Shown here: in pieces, positions 36,015 through 47,577 of the stretch | Numbering within the stretch: position 1 is the stretch's first letter | Layout: the number at the start of each line of letters is the position of its first letter | Assembly (NCBI GenBank): GCA_964188305.1 | Contig: OZ076889.1 | Strand: one strand, 5' to 3' | DNA length: 64,000 nt | From: Podarcis bocagei | Lineage: Eukaryota | The notes under the pieces: model-generated | Told to the model about the DNA's origin: nothing | Databases searched by the model: none | What the model saw: only the letters and a program-made list of their open reading frames with translations | Program-made: the position numbers and the translations under genes

Positions 36015-36792
36015 CTCTATGAATTAACTGTGTATGAAACAGGGGCTGAGCCTGCCACTACAGAGCCATGTCACTTCACTGAATGCATGATTAAAATTTA
36101 TTTAAAGGGTCTTGTGTCTCTCTATTAAAGGGGTAGAGATTTTCCAAGGAGAATTATTGCAGCTGGAAGATTCAGCAGCGTGTTTGGTTATGAGTTAACT
36201 TGCTCATTCCTTGTATCTCTAGAGGCGGCAGTAGCCTTGAACAGAAAACATGCTTGGAACTAGGTTATTTTTTAAAGAGAAAACTCTACCTACAATATTC
36301 AAGCTTTTGGCGAAAAGTAATAGTATATTTTCAGTGTTCACACTTACAATTTTTAGACGTTTTGTGCCAAGTAGAGATTGTATTTAACACAGTGCTAAGG
36401 CTGAGGATCTGTCAGTTGCAAGGATTTTCCTTGCAAAGCAGAACCTTCTCCCCCTCTTGACTCTCTCCACATCTGTTCTGAGGTCCCGTCCGTCCCCCCC
36501 CCCCCGCTTGCAATGCAGGAATCTCTTGCCCAACGTGGGGCTCAAACTCACAGCCCCAAGTTTCCTGTTGCACTAGAGGGAATCCTGGCTTTTGCTAGTG
36601 AAATTATATAATTGATATAGTTGAATTCTGATATCCTGAAGTACTCTCAGCTTTTCTCCTAACTTTGGTACTCTGCCTACCTATGCTTGCTCTACCCATG
36701 TGGCTACCCAAGTTTTTGTTTAATTATTTCCCCTGATTCTGCTAGGCTTGTTTTCTTGTTTTCTTGAGGTTAAGGCATCCTATTCAACATTA

Positions 36793-37036
36793 GGTAAAGG
36801 TAAAGGGACCCCTGACCATTAGGTCCAGTCGTGGCCGACTCTGGGGTTGTGGCACTCATCTTGCTTTATTGGCCAAGGGAGCCGGCGTACAGCTTCCGGG
36901 TCATGTGGCCAGCATGACTAAGCCGCTTCTGGCAAACCAGAGCAGTGCACGGAAATGCCATTTACCTTCCCGCTGGAGCGGTACCTATTTATCTACTTGC
37001 ACTTTGACGTGCTTTCGAACTGCTAGGTTGGCAGGG
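36793..37036 (-). mobile_element. Sauria SINE, 5'-truncated
   Basis: (ACCTTT)n tail on the - strand; flanking acatta repeat. Confidence 0.9.
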
Positions 37037-37867
37037 ACATTAAGGTGTCCCTAATGACGGCATGAAAATAAGCAGGTGGTGGCACATTTCATGTTTTAGA
37101 CCTCATGAATGTCCACAAAAGAACAGGAAAGCCGGTCAAGAGGTTAAGGACTATTCTTTAGCATTTCTCCCATCATGTTTACAAACTTCTTTCCATGGCC
37201 TTGAGGGCTAGCAACGTTTTTATTTAAAGAAAAGCTGGGCTTGCTAAATAGCTTTCAACTATGGAGCAAATCCTACAAGGAAAGTCCACATTCTTCTTCA
37301 GACTAAGGAAACAACTCACCAAAAAAATGTTTTCTTACTTCTCCCCTATTAAACCCAAGACTTCATATCATTACATCTATTGTTAGTTTGCCTTTTAAGC
37401 TTCTTTTTCATTACCTTCATACCGGACCTGCACTGGGGAGCTTTTTATTTTAATTTCCTTTTGCTTTTCCAGCTATTCTTTGGTCCCAACACACCATTTC
37501 TTTATAATTTATTACATCACCACAGGCACTTCTATCAAAATGTTCTTGTAAATTTGTTTTAAGTCGTCTCTATTGAATTTAGTTTGATTTTCTTTCATAA
37601 CCTTTCTCAGACTGAATAAATATATTTACATGGGAATTTTCCTATATCAAGTGTAAGAGGGAGGAGGACGTTCTGTAATTCGTAATTAGTGGCTTAAATT
37701 AAAACTCAATATATGCATGCCAATCAAAACTTGATCACCCAGGTGCAGGATCGGGGCAACAGTGTGTGTGTGTTTAAGTGCAGAATCCCAACACACTGAA
37801 GACTCCAGCAAGCAAGCTAAACTTGGCTTAGCATCCATGTTTGGTCTCATCTTTCTGACAGGGCTAT

Positions 37868-38580
37868 GGGGAAGGGTTATAGCTCAGTGGTAGAACATCT
37901 GCTCTGCATCCAGAAGGTCCTGGGTTCAATCCCTCATATGTCCAGGTGGAGCTGGAAGAGAACATTGTCTGAAACCCTAGAGAACTGGTGCTAATCAGTG
38001 AAGGCAGTGCTTAGCAAGTGTCCAGGCTAGGAGAGCTACTCTGATGAGGAATGGGGGGGGGTGGACTCCCCCTGCCCCTGCTCCTGACAAGGATCCTGAA
38101 GCTGCCCAGGAGCAGTGGAGCGGTATAGATTTGGAGCAGTGGTTTGCAGAGGGACATAGTTCAGAAGACAACAGCTGGGCAGAACTGAGTGGGGAACAGC
38201 TAGGAGAACAACAGGGAGGGAGAGAATTAGCAGACTCCCTTTCGCTGGAAAGTGTCCAACCAATCAGTCTAAGATCATGGAGAGCAAATAAGAAGCACAG
38301 AAGGTCCAAAGGTCCAATGGTTGCGAGATCAGGTTGCCAGACAAAGGAAGTGACAGGGGTGGCTCGGGGGGAAGTGGGTGGAAACCTTAATTGGTAGCAC
38401 CTTTCCTCCAAGAATGGAGTCTTTGTTCTTTTGCTGTGAACATCAAAAATATATTTAACTGGTAAGAGACTATTTTCACTTTGTTCTGCTTATCCATGGC
38501 CAAAGGGAGGGAGGAAGCCATTTCTCCGAAACCTGACAGCTAGGTGGACCAACTTCTCATAATAAGGCAGCTTTTTTATG
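37868..38580 (+). mobile_element. tRNA-Ala-like SINE (Squam3-like) split by an LTR insertion
   Basis: Head tagctcagtggtagaacatctgctctgcatccagaaggtcctgggttcaatccc runs to 38018; resumes gctaggtggaccaa...ataaggcagctt after 38538. Confidence 0.7.
38019..38538 (+). mobile_element. Solo LTR (probably Gypsy/ERV-type), 520 bp
   Basis: TGTCCAGG...CCTGACA termini; 5-bp TSD gcaag/gctag; cleanly interrupts a SINE. Orientation is inferred. Confidence 0.7.
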
Positions 38581-41054
38581 ACAGATTGGGCCATCTTTTT
38601 CTCACTGCTGCAACTGAGAGCCAAACAACATGTTCCAATAAAAATACACACCTTGTGCCGAAAGCATTTATGTTTAACACCATCCTCCTTTCTGTAATGG
38701 CTAGTAGAGCTTACCAACTTCCTGATGCTTGGCGTTTTCCCCACCCTCTGAGGATGGCAGCCAATGATGTGGAGTGGGGATTGGGAAATGTGGAACACAA
38801 TGTCAGTAGTTGGCTAAGTTCCACTAGCCGCTTTAGAGGTGGCACATTTATAGAACACTGAATATTTGGCCCTGATTGGTCAGGCCAACTGTGGGAACAA
38901 AGCATTGCATCAACTCTTGAAAGCATTCCAGTGCATGTTCTGACGGCAAAACAGTACATAACCCAAGGTAGGGTGAAGCAGGATGAAACCTAAGTGGATA
39001 TGTGCTAGAACACCCATAAGTTAAATACTGTGGCTGCTACCACCAATTATGTAACATGCTGTGCAACCTCTGGTGTATTCATTCCCATAACATTCCCCAT
39101 TATTATTCTCATTTTCCAGAGGAAGGATGTAAGATGAAGATGATGCTACACCGGTATGGTAAATCATTCAGCTCAGATAAGGGAAGCAAGCATGCAAATC
39201 CCTTTTCAGCTCTGAAGCTCACAAGATCTTGGGCAAGTGGCACTTAATCTCAGCCTAGTCTATAACTTAGGGTTGCCGTAATGCTGAAATGCCACTCAAG
39301 ATCTTCTTGGAAGGGAAGTATATAAATATTATTGCCCAAGGCCACCCAACGGACCCCCAGGGACCTGAACCAGGGTCTCTCCCAGATCAATGCCCGGTTC
39401 TCTATCCCTGCTATCTCCAACCTCATGCCCTCCAGATGCATTGAGCTAAAATTCTCATCATTCCAAAACAGCTATGATGTACCTGGTTAGGGAAGGCTGT
39501 TCCTTCCTATCGTTCCACAGTAGCTTTATAAACACCAATGTGAAACGAAAAAGTCAAGAAATGGCGACTACGTGAATCAGCTTGTGGAGGGAAAGGAACA
39601 GGCATAATTACTTCTCTCTAGCAGACACAGGTATGGCACCACCACCCAGCTTATCATCCTAAAGTGTGTTTTTTTAATCCCTCTTCCATGTCTTCACATC
39701 TAAATCCAATAGGTATTGAGGAAGGGAAAACACTGTTCTATTGATTTTCACTTTCCCAATTCCATTGGCTTCTAAAGTTTCTATATCAAGCAACTGCTTT
39801 CTGTATTGAATAGTTTAGTGAAGAACCCCACCTTCCCCTTGTCTACCATGAAACCGCTGCATCTTGCAAAGGATTATGGGAAGACTATTGCCTTCATGCC
39901 CTGCTTGTGGACTTCCTAGGGGCGGTTATTTGGTCACTGAAGGGAAAAGGATGCTGGACTTGATGCATCATCAAACTGATCCTGCAGGCCTCTTCTATGT
40001 ATTCTAGGCTTCTCTGAGTCTAGGGTGGATCCTAGAACAACACTCAGCACCTTCCTATGGTTACACTTTGCTAACGGCAATTGGCTTTTCAAAAAAATCT
40101 TGTTATTACTGGTCTTCTAACTGGGGAGCCCCAGAAAAACACGGCCCTGCAACACTGTTAGAAAAATCACTGCTCTAACCCAACCTAATTTATCTGTGTG
40201 TTCCTTTTCAACAACTGAATGCACAAACCTGCCATATTCCAAGCCTTATCACTGATCCATCTAGCTCAGTATTGTCTACTTTGACTGGCAGTGACTCTCC
40301 AGGGCCTCAAACACAGACTTTTCCTAGGTATGCAGCTCAAGAGCCTTTTAACTGGGGGGGGGGGGGAATCTGAAATCAAGCCAACCTTGGTTAAAGCAAA
40401 GCAACTACCCTACCTCTGAGCCACAGCCTCTCCCAACTGACAGTTGAGATGGAGTTGCTCCAACATCCAGCAACCACATTGCAAATCTGTCTCAAATGCT
40501 AATCTTTGGATAGGTGTGCAGGCCATGTTTGTGGGAGGAACAGAATTAGAAGGCTTCTGCCCAACTAAAAGCACCAGGCGTGCCAATATTTTGGCACTGG
40601 TTATTACTCTTATTCAGGAGTGGGCCAATATTTTGCTGGAATCCAGCTACCATCATCTCCAGCCATTGGGCATGTTAGCTAGGCCTGGTGGGAATGAAGA
40701 GTCCAGCAACATATAGAGGGCACCATATTGGCGGCTGCTATTCTTATTAGTTTGAGGCACTTGCATTCACAGGTTTCTTTTTACATTTCGACTTCTGTAA
40801 AGTGTTGTGTACATGTGTGCATACACAATGCTAGCTTGAATGACAATATCTCTCAAGTTCCCCTGGCTTTTATCGTAGGGGAAAAGGACATCGGCTGCAG
40901 CACAGGGTGGTTGTAGCCATACACTTTCCTCATACAAAGAAAGAAGAAATTTCTTATGTCTGTCTCTATGAAATAAGTGCCTGTGTGTGAACTGAAGAAC
41001 ATGTGTTCTTCAGTTCAGAAGAACATGTGAACTGAAGAATGCATGCGTTTTGTA

Positions 41055-41188
41055 CAGTGTTACCTCGGGTTAAGAACTTAATTTGTTCCGGAGGTCCCTT
41101 CTCATCCTGAAGCAAAGTTCTTAACCCGAGGTCCTATTTCTGGGTTAGCGGAGTCTGTAACCTGAAGCGTCTGTAACCCGAGGTACCA
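41055..41188. mobile_element. Tc1/mariner MITE, same family as 23192-23409, reverse orientation, internally deleted
   Basis: ta|CAGTGTTACCTCGGGTTAAG...GTAACCCGAGGTACCA; shares gggttagcggagtctgtaacctgaag with the reverse complement of the 23192 copy. Confidence 0.8.
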
Positions 41189-43723
41189 ACATGAATTTGT
41201 CAGGTTGCATATTTCACATTGCTGGACTTTAATGTGCAATTATTTATATGGGGAGAGCTTGAGTGTGAAGCTTCAGGGGTAGATGCCCCTGTATTTCTGA
41301 AAATACAGAGTTCAGCCTCTGATGCCGTGGCTTTTAGTTTACTTTCATTAAAAAAACAAACATTTGATTATACTTGTTTTTGAAGTGCACACTAAGCCAC
41401 ACATTGCATTTTTATTTTTTTTAAACCACCTGCAGCTACTCCTGATCCACTTGGCAGGTCCTCTGCATTCAGTTCTCCTGTAGCTGTTGCTGAAAATGTA
41501 AGGGAAGTTGGAGACCGACTTATCTTTGGCAATCTCTCAAGCGCAAGTCACTCTTTCTTACTTCAGTTTCTGGTTCCAAATTACTCAAAGTCCCAGACTT
41601 ATGTCTTAACTGGTAAACTGTTAAGACTTGCATGCCATTAGTGAAAGGGCAGAGAATGAGTGCCCTTCCATTTTACCTATGTGCCAATTCATCTGACATT
41701 CCAAGTGTTTGCGTAATGTGTTTCTACATCTCTATCTACATTTTGCTTTTTCAAAAACAAGGAGCGCACTGCACAAAATCTCTCCCCCCCCCATACACAA
41801 ACTCCTCTTTTATAGAAACTATCAGACTTCCTAAGCTCCTGCCAAGTACTTGCTTACGCAGTGAACAAATAATGACTTTTCCACCAGGAAGAAAGCATTA
41901 ATTAAGTGTATTTGTCAGACTTCTATTCTAAAGGGAAGGGGGGGTTATCTTTTGGAGGTGTCAGCCAGAGGTGAAAGGCAGATTAGTATGCAATTGAGGG
42001 CCTTCTAAGTTAAATCTCATCTTTGCGGTTAGTTGTTAATAATGAAGTTGTCAGTAAAGAAAGAGTTTAATGGTTTTAATTTGGTTTAATTACTTGGAAA
42101 TGCTTGGAAATGGGACTAGTTTGTTTGCTTGTATTAGCTAGAAAAAAAAGAAGCAGAGCTTGTGAAAAGGGGAGAGAGCAAGAGGGAGGGAGAAAAGGCT
42201 GAGCCACATGCCTGAACGAGGGCAAGTTATAATCTATTCTTTGGTTGCTGAGTTTCATGCCTTGCTGAGAAAGAATACACATATAAATTAACACGGCTTA
42301 GTAGTTAAGCAAGCAGCAGAGGGGAACATTTTTCCCCAACTCCGGAACTCCATTATAACTTTCCTCAAAACCTATTGCTTCATTCTTCTCTTATTTTATT
42401 TTTTAAAATCACCTTAGGTAATAATTTGTGTTAATATAAAACCAAAAACTTGGGTCGCTTTACACAGCTTTTCTTATAAGCATTCACTAATACTTTCCCA
42501 TAACTCCATTAATGGCCACTAGAGGTTCAAATATAGTCAGATCTGACTGCCCAGGCTGCTTGTCCAGCTGGTGATTGTCAGTGGGCAACCTGAAGGTCCC
42601 TTCTCTCTCTTCTTATGGTTTTTTGTTGTTCAGCTGGACTTGACAGTCCTTCAAATAGTGGATGCTTTCAAATAGAGGGCTATCCTCTGTAAAATAGGAC
42701 ATTTGGCCATCCTGTGAGCTGGGGACTGGACATGGCACAAGAAAGAGGAGAGGTGCAAATCAGAAACTCTATGGGGTGATGGGTACCTGGGCTGAGCATT
42801 TAGAAGATTCCAATTAGTGCAGATGTAACAGCTTTTCTAACATCAGTGGTTTGCACTCCCTACAGTCATGTCAAGCCATGAGAACTTCGGCACACTCAAA
42901 CTTCCCCTTGTTTTTTCTCTTTAAACACAATCCAAAGCTGCTGAAAACACAACACTAGCTGTCTTGCACAGCTCCACTAACAAACGATATAGTGGCACGT
43001 CTAAAACAGTCTTAAGATTGCCTACAATGACTGAATGCTTTTATTATTTAACCTAAAAGGGCACTGAACACAAGATTCAGCCTCTAGTAGGTTAAGCAAA
43101 ATATTTCCTACTTCCTCAGAAAATCCTTCCCAAATTGTATTCATCTTGAGTTAATCCACCATCTACTGAGCGAATTACAGCGTATTTGTTTTGAAAATCT
43201 ATTTTATAGAATTCTAAAGGGCTGTGTTTTCCTTAGGAAGGGCTTATTCTGCCTTTTCTCCACTTTCCCCTCTTTCCCCCCCTCTTGCTTTTTAAAGAGG
43301 GATGCCTGCTAAAAGGCCACGGCGGGTTTTTAATATCCCAAGGTGCCCAGCCCATATGAGTAACAAAATGTAAATAAACACAGCTGAACCAGGAAGAAGA
43401 TGGAAGGTTTTCTCATTATAGAAATAAAATAAACAGATGTCCTTAAGCACTTTGGCTTATGTTTGTCAAAGGAATGGAGAACTCTTAGATGTCTGAACAG
43501 CAGCAGCAACGGTACATACTTATTAGGCCAATTCTCAAACAAAGCAAAGAATACATGCCATTCTGAATTAGCTAATAGAGCTCAAGGGGAAAGTCTACGT
43601 ATCTGAGTTGAACCCTCACAATACAGATTTTCACAAACCAACAACAACAAAAAATCTTTGCAAAGCAAGTAGATTTGAACTTCTTCAATTAATTTTGCAG
43701 TGCTAGAAAATAAAACAAGTTCT

Positions 43724-43724
<1 letters not shown>

Positions 43725-43759
<35 letters not shown>

Positions 43760-43760
43760 T
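43725..43760. repeat. (CTTT)9 microsatellite
   Basis: Direct reading. Confidence 0.95.
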
Positions 43761-44320
43761 TTGACAGTGCAGAGAATGATAAAAAGCATCATGGGGCTAG
43801 CCAGCAGAACCATGAATCAACATGATGCCATTTCAAGGAAGATACTAATTTTAAGGGAAATTAATGTGACTACTGCAACCATATGATAAACTAAAGTTCT
43901 ATTCTGATAGAAGTTCCCCCCTTGAAATAATTAATGCACAATTGAACTCTGTTCTGTTCAAGCTTGAGAATACCATAAGAAGACCTGAAGTTAGGAGAGC
44001 GTTTAGGAGATTTGTTGCTCATAATAGCCCTATTCAGACCTTCTTCATATATAGTAAGGGGGCTGTGCTAGCTGACTTCTCTCCCTTTATCCTGTCCCTG
44101 TTGCATGACTACCCTCCATGTGCTGGACAATCAGGGATCTAAATCATGTGCGGAGTCCCCATGCATACAGCAAAACTTTCCACTACATATCTTTGCTCCT
44201 CAGTGTGTGGAGGGTGGCAGAGCAGGCAATGGGGAAATGAAAGAGAGGGCCGAGCTAGTTAGCAAGAGAAGGATCATGCCTCAATAGGGCTAATGTAAAC
44301 TCTGTTCTTACCTACATATA

Positions 44321-44649
44321 AAAACGTAAAGGGACCCCTGACCGTTAGGTCCAGTCACAGACAACTTTGGGGTTGCGGAGCTCATCTCGCTTTATTGGCC
44401 GAGGCAGCCGGCGTACAGCTTCCCGGTCATGTGGCCAGCATGACTAAGCCGCTTCTGGTGAACCAGAGCAGCACACGGAAATGCCATTTACCTTCCCACC
44501 AGAGCTGTACCTATTTATCTACTTGCACTTTGTGCTTTTGAACTGCTAGGTTGGCAGGAGCAGGGACCGAGCAACAGGAGCTCACCCCATCGCGGGGATT
44601 CGAACTGCCAACCTTCTGATCGGCAAGCCCTAGGCTCTGTGGTTTAACT
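44321..44649 (-). mobile_element. Sauria SINE, near full length
   Basis: 9-bp TSD ctacatata (44312-44320, 44650-44658). Confidence 0.92.
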
Positions 44650-45311
44650 CTACATATAGCTGGTGTGCTAAAGGATAGGGCCTGCACATCCTGCCCTTTG
44701 CTTATGCTCACTGCATGTAATGCTTATGCGATAAAACATGATAAACTGTTGATTTTCATCCCTGTAATTTTGCTGGGTATCAGGTGCATTGGACTACACT
44801 TGTGCAAACAACTTACACACTGTATCTATTAGGTGTAAGTGAGCCAACTCCATTAAGCAAGCAGACAATTCCATGGGACCACCACAAGCTGAATAAGCCA
44901 AAGTTGAATAAGTCAAAAAGAGCAGATTCAACCTTTCCATGCATTAGCGGATGCACTGTGAAGTCATTCCTGCTTTCTGCATGGACTGAGTATGCTTGGA
45001 ACTAGTGCACAAAACCTAGCGGGCCAAGATTAGCGCACTGGTCAGAGGTTCCCCACCCCTGCTGCCCATCTTAGGTGAATAAACAGCTTCTGTACTGAGC
45101 TCTGCCCGTGGATCTAACACATAACCACTGTGCCTTGCCTAGTTCCATTATGGGTTCTACCCACTCAGACCCTGCCCTGGGTCCGCAGTATTGGTAAGAT
45201 CACTTAACCTAGACTTACCAACCTGGTGCCCTCCAGATATTTTGGACTGCAAGACCCACCAGCCACAAATAGCATGGTGAATGGTTAAGGATGATGTTTT
45301 ATAGTCCAAAA

Positions 45312-45447
45312 CAGGCTTAGGCAAAGTCGGCCCTCCAGATGTTTTGGGACTACAACTCCCATCATCCCTAGCTAACAGGACCAGTGGTCAGGGATTATGG
45401 AAGTTGTAGTCCCAAAACATCTGGAGGGCCGACTTTGCCTATGCCTG
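45312..45447. mobile_element. Palindromic hAT-type MITE
   Basis: About 60-bp inverted arms starting CAGGCTTAGGCAAAGTCGGCCCTCCAGATG; perfect 8-bp TSD gtccaaaa. Confidence 0.88.
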
Positions 45448-47343
45448 GTCCAAAACATGTAGGCGTTTCCCGGTTGGGAAAGACTAACTGAACCAATAGT
45501 CTGCAGGTGAATACAGCAACTGAGTTCTAATTTTGTGCTTTTATCTTGTAAACCACCGAGATGAAGGGTGGCATAGGCATTTAATAATAATAAAATAATA
45601 ATTACTATTATCATGGCCTTTGATTACTTTGTGAAAGTGTCCCCCCCCCCAATTCTCAACACAGCGTTGACATGTGTTGTGACTGTGGATCACCTGAAAT
45701 AAAATACCTGAAATTTGAGTTGAGCTGCAAAGTTCAGAATGGATGAACAAACTAATGTGAATACAGAGTTTGGCTTCAGAATGTGTATGAAGGCAATTAA
45801 ACAGGCATCCCCAGGCTTCAAAGTTATTATCCAAATCTGGTAGGGTGATCTACCTTCCTTAAATGGAAGCAGTGAGTTTTGGCCCCATTGTGTCTCCTCT
45901 TCTACTGACACTCCTTCACCTTCTTAGCAATAAAGGGAATTAGCATGATGTAATTTCATGTTTTTAGCCCACCTGTTTTTACCCGAAAGCCATAACAGGA
46001 AGAAAAAAAAAAGCTGGAATTGCTCACCTCAGTTGTACAGAGATTTGGTTCTATACAGGTTTCGTGATTGTGGAATTAATGCCTGTCATGGGTAATTAAT
46101 GATGGATTATGTTTCAAGATTTGCATGGGAAACCTACTGACTACAAAAAAGATCAGAGCTAACACAACTAGGATTACTTGAACTTGGTCACACTTGGCCA
46201 AGGGAAAGTGAGCTCTTGCAATAATTTGTGCAGGAAAACCCCACTGCAAAATGGTTTTTCGGTGTCATTCTTTCGTGTAAGATTTTCCTTCGAACTATAT
46301 CCCAAGATGTTAAATAATGACGATAAAAATAATATTTATCATTGTAATAACAGCAACAACAACAATGATTATTAGACCATCCTCCCTTCAAAGCTCCTAG
46401 GAACTTCCATGTACAAAAACTACAATAAAATACAATGTTTTAAAAATAAACACTGAAACCATAAAATTATCAAAGCTCACAAAATTCCAGCAGCACATGA
46501 CTCACAACGAACACAGCTGGCCAACTATTGCATCAGCCCCAATGCCAAAAAAACCAAATATGTCTGGAGGGGGACACAAATGCACTTCTGGTGGAAGAGA
46601 ATTCTATAGCCATGGTGCCATAACAGAGAAGGCCCTGCTATGAGTCACCATGGAACAAGCCATGGCTGTAGATTAAACTATGATCTGGACTATTGGAGTG
46701 GATCTCAAGTGATGGTTTGGCAAATAATGAGAGAGACACTTATATTTAACCTTTGCCTATGGAATCTGACAGTGCAATCCAATACATGTCTACTCAGAAT
46801 TCTCACTGTGTTCAATGTGGCTTTTTCTCAGATAAGTAAGCATAGGATTGCAGCACTACTTTACAAATATAATTATCCTATTAGCATAGCCATTTCCTCT
46901 TAACCATCTTTTTACACTGTGAGACCAAAGACAAGACTACTTTGTGAAGTATCATGAAACGACAGGTTCAAAGATTCTATTGGCAGATGCTGAAGGACGC
47001 TGAATTCTTAAATTGTTCAACCCCAAATCAGCAACTGTAATCAGTAGATTAGACCCCAAGGGGGAAAAATTGCCAGAATAAGGACAGTGCCATGATTAGG
47101 AACTGCTGTGCTGATTGAATTAGGCAAAGGTTCCTTCCACACCAGCTGCTTCATCTGGAATTGCTATCCTTTGTTCATTCACATTTTACAGAAAATCTAG
47201 ACAACGTTACAGCCATTCTATTGCATTCCAATGTTTTCAGTTTTGTCCCCATCTTTTTTCCAGACCCGATTGGTGGCAATTTCCCTCACATACAATGCAA
47301 CTGCAGTGGCAGCCTATCCATCCAATTTAGCAAGAATGTGGTA

Positions 47344-47575
47344 CAGTGGTACCTTGGTTTACGAACTTAATCCGTTCTGGAAGTCTGTTCTTAAACCGAA
47401 ACTGTTCGGCGCACTTTCCCTAATGAGACCTCCCGCCATCAGTGCCCTTCCACCATTTGGATTCCATTCCTAGACAGAGGTAAAGTTTGCAAACCGGAAC
47501 ACAATTTCAGGTTTTGCGGAGTTTATAAACCGAATCATTTGTAAACAGGACTGTTCTTAAACTGAGGTACCACTG
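47344..47575. mobile_element. Tc1/mariner (Tigger-like) MITE
   Basis: TIRs CAGTGGTACCTTGGTTTA / TAAACTGAGGTACCACTG; TA TSD. Confidence 0.85.
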
Positions 47576-47577
47576 TA

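Noticed and set aside
37874-37945. tRNA-like sequence with A and B boxes (also near 20590 and 21120)
   Set aside because: SINE heads with broken stems that continue into SINE bodies; not tRNA genes.
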